Positions 35,671 to 48,699 of a DNA stretch of 64,000 bases are shown here, piece by piece; positions within the stretch are counted from its first letter, which is position 1; each line of letters starts with the position of its first letter. A program made the translations under genes and the position numbers. The notes beneath the pieces were generated by a model. That model saw nothing but the letters and a program-made list of their open reading frames with translations, was not told the origin of the DNA and did no database searches. The stretch comes from Pseudogymnoascus verrucosus. Lineage: Eukaryota. Location: assembly GCA_001662655.1 (NCBI GenBank), contig KV460216.1. One strand, given 5' to 3'.

Positions 35671-36495
35671 CTAACTCATCTTTGCGTTCGAGAAATCCAA
35701 CTCGGGGTGCTGTTTCTGGAACTGCGCCAGCATATCTGCCTTCTTCTGCTCCTCGCTCGTGGGCTTACCCAGCTCCTTCTGCCTCTGGTCAAACATCATC
35801 TTCTCGACCATTCCCCTTGTCTCGCCATCCAGGTCGCCCAGGTTGCTGTTCTCAGGCTGGATCTTGGTCACGTCGATCTTCGGCGCCGATGTGACAACGT
35901 GCTCCCACCACTGCATCTTGTTCATTTTATCGAGATGGATGTCGATCTGCTTTAGCTCCTTGCCATCAACAGCAGGGATCGAGGCGAGTGTCCATGTAGA
36001 CTCGTCGACGTGGATGGGATGTGGCAGGTCACCCTGGATTTGTTAGCTCCATCCTATCCATCTGGCCGCATCCAGCCAGCGGAAAACAAGCCAGGAAGAT
36101 CCATGTGAGTGGCTTTGGGTGCATACACTTATAATTGGCTCCTGCCCCTTAACTCCAGCGCTCAACTTCGTCTTCTTGATATCGACGACCAGGTCTCGGC
36201 CTTTGAGGTTTCCGGGGACGGTGAAGTTGAGGGAGAGGTCGCGGATTGTCTGAGTCCATTTGTAGGGAAGTGCAGCTTGCTCTTCTTCCTCGAGGGCACG
36301 TGCCGCCGCCTCGGCAGCTTTGTCTACTGGTGCATCACCTGTGTGACCGTCAGTCGATGCTGAGAATATAGAAGCATCTTACGGAAGGCAGTATAATTTC
36401 AGGATATAGACTTCGTAGCTCTGGTGTGCTGGGAAGGCTTGAAAAGAATAAATTCTAGCACACAATATTATTATAAAGAGCTTACCTGAAGACAT
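35671..36495 (-). CDS. nudC: Nuclear distribution protein NudC (CS domain); exons 36495-36486, 36338-36127, 36033-35671
   Basis: [79 protein letters not shown]. Confidence 0.93.
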
Positions 36496-36905
36496 GGTGT
36501 ATTATGAGATCAGTTTTGCGGATGGGGCGTTAGAGGGGTTCTGAAGATAATTGAGTTGTTGACGCGGCTACCCGTCAGGTCCATGACCCCGCGATGGGGA
36601 ACAAACGGCGGTGGTGCAGCCTTGCGCAAGCCCAAAGCTCGTTTACCGCATTCAGTTACGAGCGAGTATAATCGATCCACGTGACTAATGCCTCAATATA
36701 CGGGACCAACAGTGCTGTCATCCACCATCGCGCGGTTTGGGCAGCTGCCTGGTTTTGCATTCATAGATTCAATGGCACCGGATACAGAATTTTGCGACGT
36801 CGAAAACCATTATCAGCTGTCAGTTCTTGAGGTAATTTGAGTTTGACATCCCAAAGCGTTGTCTATCTGTACCTCCACATTATCTCGAATCGAAACCATC
36901 TCAGC

Positions 36906-39900
36906 ATGTCTTTGTTAGAGAATTGCCAACGTAAGTGGTCTTTGTTATTTTGCCGGCGCCAAAAGAAGAAGAATACCCATCATGGTCGCCTTCATTCTCT
37001 TGGACAATTCCGGACATTCTTTCTTTATGCTCCTTCACAGTCTTGTCACAATTTCCTGAAACCAAAATTTATTCAAAGGGACGGTGAGCTCAGAGGAAGT
37101 ACCCCTTCCTTCTTCAGTCCTATTCTGTCCGAAATCCTTTCTTTGATACTTTGCTTTGTTACACTTGGTCCTATTCTATGTTATTTTGACCATGGCCTCT
37201 TCGATACCTAAAGTTGATTTTCTTGTCAAACAATATCAGCGAATGTTTTCAATTTACTACATTTCAAATTTTGCCACAATTGGAAGATATGCAGGCGCCG
37301 TACATGACCGCGACCGACGGCGCAGATCCACCAATAGATGATGGATTAGACAATGGTCCTGGAAAGCTATTTGTTGAGAGTCGAAACGAGAAGGGAGAAG
37401 TTAAGTATACCATGTTCTCTGGCAAGCCGTTAAGATGGAGAGGTGACTATATTCCTTCGCCAGAAGCCTACCAGGAGACTCTGCGCGACAAAGCCCTCGA
37501 AGCTCAGGAAGGATATGTTTTTCATGCAGAAGCTCTGCGAATGTTGGGTGTCAAAGTCTTCCGCACTGGGGACTATCACATTGAGACAAAATTACGAGGA
37601 AAACGCGATGTGGTTAAATTCCAAACCAAGGAACTCCTTCCAGGGGGACAGGTGTGGACAGGCCCTCGCAATATTGCCCATCTCGCCTTTTTATCTTTGG
37701 AGGATGGGGAGCTTCCGATTTTTCATTTCTGGATCGATCCGACTATCTTTGGGAAGAAGCCTGATCAGATGACACTCGCAGAAACAATCGACTCCGAAAC
37801 TCACAAACAAAGAACCGAAGACGAAGCCAAGCAGATCGAAGAAGGACTTAAAATGCGTTTAATGCCCAATATAACTCCTTCGGATCAAATCTGGGTCGAT
37901 AAGCTAGCCGAATTCCGAAAACTTCTCGCCGATTATGGAGGTAACAACCGCAATCAGTCGCTTATGGATCTTATGAAGAAGACTTTTCTTGAAGACCAAA
38001 TCCGCCGCTTGGCGGCTTCGGGAGAGCATTCTATGCTTGCCATGTTGCAAGTGAGAGACCAGTTGCTATATTTTGATAACCTCGACAACGACGCGTTCAA
38101 GGGAGTAAAAAACAATGCTGCAACGAAATTTTGCATGGTTTACTTTGGCCTTCCTGTTGAGCCTCTGACTTTGACCAACATTCTCAACGCTAGAAAGAAT
38201 GAGGATGACGCTCGAGAAAAAATTGAACCCGATTACAGCATACTGCCTGGAATATACGGCGCAGAGGCCGACTTGGAATTCTTGGATAACTACCACGAGA
38301 GAGCTTATGGATATCCGACTCTGCGAAGTAAGTTATGCGGTGCCACATTGATATAATAGACAGGCACTAGAAGCTAACATACTCCAGAACCGAAGGCAAA
38401 AAGGCCCTACAAGGACATCCCAGAAGAGGTCTCTGATCTAATCCGAGAGCAGAACCGGATTGACGAAGAGCTATATCCTCAGCCAACAAGGAGATGCGGG
38501 GGTAATCGTAATGCTTTCCGCGGCGTGGACAGCTATGATTTTGGGTTTGACAAACCCGAACCTGACCTCCCGTCGTTCAAGGAGTTTCTAGCTCTTCGTG
38601 GTGGCGCAGGACCGTCCCAAATTTCAGGGGATGTCAATGATGGTGATGACGATGATTCGCAACTAAACTCTGGGCATTTCAGTGACATGGAAGATGTTAT
38701 TATGAATGATATGAGCATGCTTGAACACTCTGACGGAGATTATGGTTTGCCATCAAGCCTCCATAATCCTTCTTGGGTTGATGGCTTCGATGGAGGACTT
38801 AGAGGTGGAGCTTCGCCACCCAGAGGCAATGAGGGGGACGATGAAGAACAGGGCGGGCCCTCCGCACCACCACCAAATGTCAACACCCCTGGCACAAACA
38901 CGAACAATGCCGCCTTGCCTCCGCCGGTCTCACTTCCACCACTTGCCTCCATGGAATCTGTTCTTGCCACTTTACAGGATAATCCTCGACAGCCGCCTAG
39001 CGGGCGTCGTGGTCGAACGACGCCTGCTACGAATGGGAGCACTTTCGACCCTAGCCAATTTCGAGAATATATGGTTGAAACAGAGAAGAATCTAGAACAA
39101 GATGACCTTCGCGTGGGTGCGTACCACAAAGCGCAGTCTGCCCACGAACCCCACTCGGGAAGTCCGGAGCCACCAAGATATGGCAAGTCAGTTGAGGAGC
39201 AGTTGGTTACTGGGCCCACAACGCCAGGTGTGTTTGCGAACGATATTAGTCTCGCTGAAGTTCGACGACTGCAAGCACGCAATGGAGAATTGGAAAGACT
39301 AATATTGGCCCGTGGGACATACTGTGGCATGTGTGATAAGACCATATCCTTCACCACCAAAGAACAGCGAGACTCCCATTTTGCAGGTCATGTGGACGGA
39401 CTGCATTCCTGTGGTTTTTGTGGAATTAGCTTCAATTCGGCCACTCATGCAGAGAGAAAATCTCATCTTGCTAGCCATGCAGATATTAGATATACAAAGC
39501 AAACCGGGAAAACGCCCCAGAGGCCTACCGCCTCAGCTAGGCCTTTGGCAGCAACTCCTCCAGCCAGTTCCAGCCCAGCTCAAGTCGCGCGAGTAACTGT
39601 TGTTGAGGGCGATACCATATTGTACTGCCAGAACTGTAGCGTGGACTTGGCCAATTTTACCACTCCCGCCCAACTTATTCAACACACACGCGCCTGCTCT
39701 GGGAGGAATCGTGCGCCAAGCGAACCGGCATATTGTAAATTCTGCGCCATTGAAATTTCTAGACTCGGCAGCGCGGATGATGTTACGAACCACCGCAATC
39801 TGTGTAAAGGCTCCTCTGCCGGCCGGGGCCGACAACGAGATCTTTGGGCTGCAGCAGGCTGTTCCAAAGATGACCGGGAGTTGACGTACTGGAAGCTATG

Positions 39901-41324
39901 TGCCCTGGCTGGGGTCCCTGATCTTCATTACAGGCCTCGCAACCCAAACCCAAGACCATACGAGTGTCGTTACTCTGGCTGCGACGCTAGTTTGCTTGAA
40001 ATGGCAAAGGAAGGGACTCTGGACGCCCACCACAAGAAGCACATCTCCGGCGAAGACAGACTCAAGTACATATGCCAGGCCAACGTCTGCGGGATGGATC
40101 TTTCCATGCATGAGAAACGGGGCGAGGAGCGGCTCCAACGACATCTCACGAGGCATCTTAAGGCGCATTGCACATACCCAGGCTGCGACGTCATCTTCCG
40201 TGACGAAGACATTTCGCCGAGCACACGTGAAATTGAACTTGAAGCTAAGAAAAAGTGGGTTGATCACGCCCATAACCATATCAACGATGATGAGGACGAG
40301 CTGGGTCATGATGGCACTTATAATTACATTGACAGTGATCCTCCAAGTGATGATGATGGCGATGGTGGACATCAAAGCACTACTGGTCACAGCCGTCAGG
40401 GAAATGGTGCAAACACCGGCGGTGGACAAGGAGCTGGTACACGTCAAACTGAAGGTAATAACCCAGCCAGACCCCCAGTCCCAAAAGCTCCAGCCCCGAA
40501 AGCTCTAGTCCCAGGTACCACTATTAGAACCACAACTACTGGCATTCTACCTCGGAGGCGTCTGCCCGCAAACACAATTCCAGAATATTTTATATCCCTC
40601 CCTAAAGAGTGGAATGCAGCCGTAAAAATGCTCCCCGCAGTGCTCTATGGTGGATCGAAGAAGCCACAGAAGTCGACATTTATCTGTCCAGTTTGTTATT
40701 TAAGCATACAAGGATTTCAACTTTCCGTGGGCCCCTACCTTTCTGTTTATTCTTCCACTTCACCATGCTTATAATACTATATAGAATCTTGCTAACTGAA
40801 CTTAGTGGCATCGCAGTATCTGCCCCGACGGCACAAAGGGTTGCGGGGTGGACAACGACGATGACTTGCTCATCTTCAGCGCTGTGAGCGCTGGCCGCGT
40901 CCGCAGCTCCAAGACAGGCTACGACCAAGTCGACATGGATAACGAAGGCGCTAAGACCTGGGGAGCTACTCAACAACTATCGGTAGTGTCGCAATACCTC
41001 GCCAGAAACCGACCAACGGCAGATAAAGCACCACATACTTTGCTCGACCCGCGTTTCAACACAGCAAACGAGCAGCAGAGGGCAGCGGGACTGGTGGTGA
41101 GGAGGCAACAGGCAAACTCGGAAGAAACCGTACAAGGTAAGGCAGCGAAGAGAGCACCGCGGCCGCCGAAGCGCGCAGCTGCGGCTGCACCGGCTGGGCA
41201 GAGGCCAGCTAAGTCAGCGAGGGGAGCAGGAGGTCGAACAAGGACCAGAGCGCCAGGGACACCGGTAGCACCTCCTGCAGAAAGACAAGGAGGCGGTGGA
41301 TTGTTTGTATCGCCAGATACTTGA
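36906..41324 (+). CDS. Large hypothetical multi-zinc-finger protein; probable exons 36906-36930, 37041-37083, 37240-38327, 38388-40726, 40806-41324 (5' exons uncertain; alternative ATG 37289)
   Basis: Introns 38328-38387 and 40727-40805 join three long ORFs in frame; repeated C2H2/C2HC-like fingers (CGMC..H..H, CGFC..H..H, CQNC..H..C, CKFC..H..C, CRYSGC..H..H, CTYPGC..H..H, CPVC..WH..C). Confidence 0.72.
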
Positions 41325-41799
41325 AATATATTTTAAAGTGGGCTTTGATAAGGGAGTTTTGTTTATGGGGTCTGGAAGTTGGGTTTCTTTTGTGTGCTGG
41401 GTTTATTCGAGAACGGGCCGTGTATCCTGCGTTTGCTTGGTTATTTATGGCGCATTGATCTGTTATAAATGTTTTATTCGAGGGCGCATTGATATTCTAT
41501 AAATCTGGTATTTAAATATACCTGCTTTGTCTGCCGTATTGTGCTATTAAGACTCCGCCCCCCCATATCCACCGTCTTCCGATCACGACACAGCACACCA
41601 GTACATCCACGCGGATAAATAGCCATTAAATCATATAACACAACCCCGTATTCTTAGACCATTTCCTATCCGAAACCAAGCAGTTGGTGCAGTAGGTTAC
41701 GTTTCTTATCTTCTGTCTTCAGTGGTGATACTCGGAAATCCAAGCGAGCACCTTCTTTGAGCTTAGAGTCTGAGTGAATGGGCTTTGTATACATTCTTT

Positions 41800-43930
41800 A
41801 ACGACCACCTTAGCTATCTTTTAGTGAATTGGTGAATTTCCCTAATAATGAGTTATTTGTATATAGTACTTACAGAAGGATCAGCACCATGCTGTAAAAG
41901 GAGTTCTGCAATTTGGTATGCTGTCTCGGGATAGTCCAATCCATTATGCAAGAAGATATGCCACGGCGACCTTCCGTCGAACTTCTGATTGGGTTTCGCA
42001 CCATGATCAAGCAATACATTTACCATATCTGGGCTATAAACCCCTGGATTGCCTACTGTGTGGTAAAGTGCATAGTCAAGATATGGCCGGCCCTTTTTTC
42101 TGCGGAGGATAGAATTGCCATTCCCCAGCTTCTGTGCTACGTAACTATGCAGTCCATAGGTCACAGCTACTGCAAGGAAATCATCTCGCCAGTCAGGGCG
42201 GCAGAAGTTACAGTGGAAGTTAATGTGTTCTCCCCAATGTTTCTAATTTTTGCAATACCATAGTCGGTCTATCGTCATGTCCAATTTGTCAATAAACTCA
42301 ACCTGGCCCTCACTCGTTTCATTTTCAGCTTGATGGGCTAGAATAAGGGTTGTGTCTACGGATTTTATAATGTCCTCCACTGGTTTTACTTGTTTTTCTA
42401 ATTGCTTAGAGGGTACAATTGGTTTCCACAAGGACTGGTATATCACCAACCGAGCTCGAAACAAAGCCGTGCTCGGACTGAATCTATCTCCCTGTTGAGT
42501 TTTTACCATTAGATCTTGTATATTTTTGCCATCTAAAAGGTCCTTAGCGGTCCTGTGATGATATAAAATTGTTGCCGATGCATTCATTGAGAATGTACCA
42601 GGAACTTCCTCTTGGCTTCTTCGAAAATGTCCTCCGCCTGACACCTCTAGAAGTCCAGCACAAGATTTTCGTAGTTTAATATCAAGTTGTTTCATCCGCA
42701 ATTCTAAGTCATGTTTATCGATTGGAGAGGGATTTATCGCAAAATCTTGGTTCTTATCGAGCGCGAGAGACAGTTCTAAAGCTGTTAATCCTGGAATTCG
42801 GAATGTAAGATCTCTGTATCTCTGACTGTCAAATATCGGCCTTTTTAGACTGTGCTGCGCTATCGACATTATTCCGAAGATACGAGCAGCATCCTCTGCA
42901 TATATTCCGTCGATATTCTTAAGCATGTGCTTATAAAGTTCTTCGATTTCCGGTGGCACCCTAACTAATCGTTCCCTTAGTTGTGCGATGTCATCAAGAT
43001 TTCCGAGACCAGTTATAAGGGAATTCAGGACAAGCTCAACCCAGAGAAAGACGCCGTTCGCTGCAGACACAATCTCCTCCTCTAATTTTAGAGCCTCTGC
43101 TTTCTCATCATGGTAAAGAGTTTTCATTTTCTCGTCGTTATGAAGAATGCCGGAAACGTAAAGATTAATGCCGTCAGATGTCAAGTCTTAGGGTCGACGC
43201 TTTGGATTATTATTAAACTGGTCCATAAAGACGGTTTCAGGGCGACTTGATACGCAAACCTTGACATCAGCGGATTTTTGAATGATAGATCTTAAAATCT
43301 TGATTGTCTCCCTGTCGTTTCCGGTACACTCATCAAGACCATCGATGAACAAGCATACCTTACCCAAATCGACTTTGCAGAGGTTATTAAATGCTTTATG
43401 GGTCCTTTCGAAATTCCACCAGTTCCGTCGTAGTTTGTCAGGATTTTTTGATGACTCTATCATCTGCCATGCGTCCTCGCACACGTCTTTGATTGGATGT
43501 TTCTTTTTATCGAGAATGTCATATAGTAGTGATCGCTGGAGTCATCATGCGATGCTTGGTCCTCAATCTTACCACTCCTCCAGAAGAAGAAACTAACGAG
43601 TAGTGGCTCATCTTCGCATGACCACTTCCGAAGGAGCAATCGCGTCTGTTTATTATCGAAAATGTAACGCATCAAGGTAGATTTTCCTGAGCCGGCCTTG
43701 CCCTCAATCCAATACAACCCATCGTCTTCGCCCAACCGTTGTTCGCCTAACCATTTCGCGAAGTTGTCCCAATCCTCAATTTTTTCTTTTGGATCATGAA
43801 AAATCCACTGGAAGGTTTCTGGATAAGGCTCCTGAATGTCGCTATAGCGAACTCCGAACGACTCAGGTTCTACAACAGTTACGGTGAAGTTGATATGACA
43901 AAAAAGGCTCTGTATTATCGATCTTCTACT
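41800..43930 (-). pseudogene. Decayed NACHT-domain (NLR-like) gene with ankyrin-like C-terminus
   Basis: ETFQWIF, Walker A YWIEGKAGSGKSTLM, SFFFW, Walker B CLFIDGLDEC, KVCVSSRPE, ANGVFLWVELV, LLDHGAKPN/LLQHGADP; frameshift near 43545, in-frame stops at 43188, 42243 and 41853; no recognisable N-terminus. Confidence 0.85.
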
Positions 43931-44911
43931 AAGACTTAGCCTTACAGCGCCCTGCAGATAGATGTCTACAGTGAACACATTGTCGCACTCAAAACTGAAC
44001 GCCCTACGGCCTGCCTACCCCCCGCCCTCCCACATCGAGTTAGCGGGTTCGTGCTACTGCCTAGCGGTTCCCAGTGCCGGAGGGCTGCGTCGTTTTGCCA
44101 GTAGGGGAACTCAATATGGCCCTGGCTATGCACGCTGCCTTTAACTACGACGTACCAGGTCCCGTAGGCGCCGTGCAGCAGCTAGTCGAGTTTATCCTTC
44201 TCGAAGACGAAGAGTTTACAGGATCATGTTATGTTAGCCGTAGATGGCGATGTCCAGATTAGTAGGACTTGCTAAAGCTAAGCAAGTTGTGCCCGCCGTC
44301 GGCCGAGGAAAGGGCTGAAACGATGCAGCTTAAACGTCCGGACTTGTATCATGCCGCTGACGCGTTTTAGATTCTTATATGAATAAATACGCATTTAAAA
44401 TTGAGGGGTTTCTATTCTTAAAATGCAGTATGTAGAGAGCATCCTGCCCGCCTCGAGGTTTCTTACTATTGGTAGGGCGAGGTTATAATTTAGGAGAAAA
44501 CATTCATTTCCTTATTATTTAACAAGGTAACTTTTATGTCCCTTTACCCGACAAAAGAAGTGCTATCATCTAGAGGTATTCCCATGAGAATCCGAAGGAC
44601 CGCCCTCAACTCCTCTATCCTCTACTTCGCTATCTGCGCCTTTTTTAATAGCATTCTCTAGCGCCACTGCCTTATATCCCATAAAATACATATACACTCC
44701 TGCCTATCCAACTTAACCACCCCCCTATTCCCATATATTGCCATACAACAGCTATAGCAATGAAAAATTTCTTGTCATCAGTCATGATCGTCATCTCCGT
44801 CAATAGCGTAACATATCAGCTCTCAACCAGCCCACTCCCTAACCACAACTTCTCCGTACTCACCTCATTTGCCCTCCTCATCTTCTCTTCACCTCAGCTG
44901 CCCCAACACCT

Positions 44912-47715
44912 CTAACGTCCCCATCCTCGCTCCTCATCTTCATCACTCCTTCGTCTCCTAGTGAGAACCCCGTTCTGTCGTCTCTGCGACTTAGGCCTCT
45001 CTTCCCCCCTTCTATCCTTGACCTTCCAATCCACAACAGACCTTGCCTTCTTCGACACAGAGAGATACACCGGAAACACCAGCGCGATGCCAAGCCAAAA
45101 AATTATGACCCAAAACGATTCCCTCAACCTCCATTTTCTCATCGCCCCAAATATAATCCACGGGCCCACCGCCCCTAAACTAATCGAGGCCGTCAGCATT
45201 GCCGCCGCTAACCTCGTATTCTTCCCCATTCCCCTTAGCGTTATCGAATAGACAAGGGGGAAAACGGGTGCTAAAAAGAAGAACACCATCATTCCGAGCC
45301 CAGCGACCAAGTTTGGGTCTTTAGCTGCCCTGCCCTCTGGGAGAGCAACAAAGGCGATGGTGAATGTTAGGGCACCAGCAAGGGAGAGTAGAAGGATGAG
45401 CCGCGGCCACATCACAAAACAGAGGGCTCCACCTATGACTCGCGAGAAGAACTTCAAGCTGTAGGCCAGGAGGAGGTAGTTTCTAGGTGACAGATTGAGG
45501 CCGTCGATCTTGTGTTCTGCGGGCGGCGGGGCGAGTACGTAGATGTACCAGGTATCAAAAGCTACTTGTGAGAGAATGTAGATAGATTGTACCATAACAC
45601 CAAGGGCAAGGGTCAGAAACACGACTCTAATGCCACCTATGTGCGTCAACGAGGTCGTCTTAACCATCCTGTTCATTGGCAGGAGGTCTGGCTGGAGCTC
45701 TTCTTGCAGATCGTCGTCGCTTGCCTCGGGGAGCGGCATGTAGTGGTAGAAGAGCGCGATGACGATGGTGAAGAGCGCGATGGTAAAGTAGGTCCACTGT
45801 ACGTGGATTAAGTTCTTCTTCGTTTGAATGAGTGGGGCGAAGGCTTTGTCGGCGATTAGCTCACTGACTGTTGCCCCGAGTGCTTGCATGGCCTGCGCAA
45901 AAAGAAGCCGCATTTCGCCATACTGTGGAGGCCCGCAGAGAGTGATAAAAGAATTCGCGGCCATTTCGAGGGATGACAGGCCGATGGCAGCAACGACATT
46001 TGAGACGAGGAAGCCTGGCAAGGAGATGAAGGATGCGGAGGGCCAAAGCATAAGGGATCCAATGCCATAGATGCAGAGGCTAACAATGAAAATTATTTTG
46101 AATCCTCCTTCCTTTAGAGCGTACCATCCGACGGTGAATGGGCCTATAATATAGCCGCCGTAAAAAGCTGTACTTAGGGATAAAGATTGTTTAAAAGTTA
46201 GCTGTGCGATGGTCGAGATCTGAATGTTTAGAGCGTTAAGAAGCCCGTTAGAGAACCCCCACAAGAAGAATAGGATAGTGACCACGCTGCAATATTTCCA
46301 CGAGTCACTAACAGACATCCTTAGCATGCATTTTGGGGGTTGAAGGTTAACGAAGCCAAAGTAGACGGCGGTTCCGGTTGGTTGAACGGAAAGCAACGTC
46401 TGTTCTCGAGCCGCGATATTGTTCTCTGTAAGAAACTCTAACTGGATATCCGAATCACGAGCGTCCGGGTGGATCGGTCTGTCCTCGGTGGGCGCCGTGA
46501 CACCCCAACTTCCATTTGTGGTAACCTGAACATCTAAAGTCTGTTCTTGAGCCGCGATATTGTTCTCTGTAAGAAACTCCAACTGGATATCCGAATCACG
46601 AGCGTCTGGGTGGATCGGTCTGTCCTCGGTGGGCGCCGTGACACCCCAACTTCCATTTGTGGTAACTTGAACATCTAAAGTCTGATTCTCAGGCCACGGC
46701 TTCGGCTTCGGCTTCGATAACCCATCACTGCTGTGACTTCCGACCTGCTCAATAAGCCATGGCACCACCCTTTTCACCAACGGCCTCAACGTCGGGATGC
46801 AAGCACAGATAATCCCAACATTAATTTCCACAGCTGACCACATTAGTGCAGGCGACACGAGATATGCAAAGTCTGTAGTGTCTTCGAGGGAATCCGTCGT
46901 TGTTGGCACAGGGCCCCCAGCAGTGATGATCAATATGGTATTTTGCAGAGCATTAATCCGAATCACATCGACAATCATTACGAATATCCCTAGTGCGAAT
47001 GTAAAAACTAGAATAACCTTTTGCTTCCGAGGCAGCTGCATTCCGGTGAGGATGGGTATTGGAAGTATTAGAATCACAATGTCAGTTGCGACGTTTGTGG
47101 GCGAGGCGGCAAAGTAAAGAGTGACGAGCCGTATGCACTTTTGCGTTGAGCTGTTGCTGAAAGTCTTGGTGATCGGATCACAGACGAATATATTGAAGAA
47201 TGTCAAAATCGTGCCGGCTATGATAACCACCGCAATCGTTAAATATGTGGCTAGCCGGAAATATTTCATATTCTTTGATAGGCATAGATAGAATATTAAT
47301 ATGCTTGTCTTCGTCGCCATAAGCGCGGGGTTCTATGAGTTATTAGTTACAACTCTCATTTTCACTACATGCAGCTTCCTCCGTTCATCCTCCTCATAGG
47401 AGACCACCACAGAATACGCACATAAAGTACGGAAAACGTATACTCGCACTTCCTCAAATCGTCTAGCGACTGGGGTGGAATATCCACATCATGCCTGCCC
47501 AAGCCTTTCGCAACACCGATGGTAATCGAAAGGGTCACACCGAGCGCCAAGGTCCAGCCAACGACAATCATCAAGTCATCCAATGTCGATCTCTTTACAA
47601 TGCCGAGGCGCGTAACCAGCCGGGCCACGACGAACAGCGTCGCAATACCTAGCGTGGTCAGCGCCACTAGCTCAACCGCTGGGCCACGGTTTGGAAGCTT
47701 AGCGGGGGGAAGCAT
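44912..47715 (-). CDS. PTH11-like (fungal rhodopsin-domain) GPCR fused to a FucP/glucose-galactose MFS permease; exons 47715-47422, 47332-44912
   Basis: N-half: FVVARLVTR..DD, GLGRH, YNPALMATKTSILIFYL, NVATDIVILILPIP, WSAVEINVGIICACIPTLRP. C-half: ILFFLWGFSNGLL, LSLCIYG-like segment, GLSSLEMAANSFITLCGP, APVFP..TLRGMG. One continuous reading frame. Confidence 0.88.
46398..46684. repeat. 141-nt (47-codon) near-perfect tandem duplication in the GPCR-MFS linker
   Basis: Copies 46398-46538 and 46539-46679 differ at 4 positions. Confidence 0.95.
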
Positions 47716-48699
47716 CTTCGAATCACGACCCAAGCATCGCGTCTGCCAAGTCGATGTCTCGTCTTTAGAAAGCTTGATCTGTCACCTGCATGCGTGTGTG
47801 TATCTGTTACCACCATGTCGGGTCTGTGCCTCTATATATATCGAACCAGTTTTGATGACATCACAACATTTCTCTATAGATTTTGAAAATCCCGCGTTTC
47901 CAGGGCAAGCCACGCGTAATGCTTACTTTCGCCCCTCGCACTATTCGCAAGCAGACTAGCCTCTCACCGTTCCATGGTGCCTCTAGAGGTGTGCCGCTGG
48001 TGTTCCGCTGGTGTTCCGTGGTATAACAAGATTTGGTTGTGCTTCAACCAGCGTCTATTGCCTGTTCCTAGTGTAATATATGGCCCAACATTCTAGTAAC
48101 TAGCACATACGACCATAGACTCAAGAGAATTGGGCATCCCGTCCGCTCTGCCATACACAAGCTTGAGATCGGTGGATTAGTAGTTGGGTGGGTGACCACC
48201 AGCGAATACCCACTGTTGTATGTTTTTTTGTCAATTCTTTTGCCGTTTTATTGCGTTAACATTTTGGCCCCTGAAGTTGAAGATCTTGGAGCGGAGGAGA
48301 GGAGAAGGGAGGGTGCGCTCGATGGGTGTTGTGTTTGTGTTTTTGGGCGGAGAAAGGGAGGGGATTGTTATTTCGTTTTTGGAATAATGCCATATTTGCG
48401 CCTATTCCCAGATAGATGGCTAACAATGATGTGCCGTGCCAAACTGTATCGAGTTCGAGCATATACACGCAATCAAATCTCTCCCACATGCACCTGAACA
48501 ACTACAAGATCACATCAAACCACAAGCACAAAACCCCAGCAGCCATCCCACAATAAAACTTCATATCAGTAGTCATTAAAGACGCCAGCCAGCCTCTCCC
48601 CAAGCAAGACCAGCAAACACCATCTATCCCAGACATTGACCATACCCTTCACCCCACTCCCTCCCTTCATTCACCCTCGCCACCTTGCACCCGACTCAC

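Noticed and set aside
36339..36485. Internal GTAAGA donor at 36382 in nudC intron 1 suggesting a cassette exon
   Set aside because: Every acceptor combination I tried gives a premature stop and the upstream branch site is weak; unsupported without RNA data.
13470..47715. Functional link between the O-FucT-like gene and the FucP-like permease
   Set aside because: About 30 kb and many unrelated housekeeping genes separate them, and neither substrate is established.
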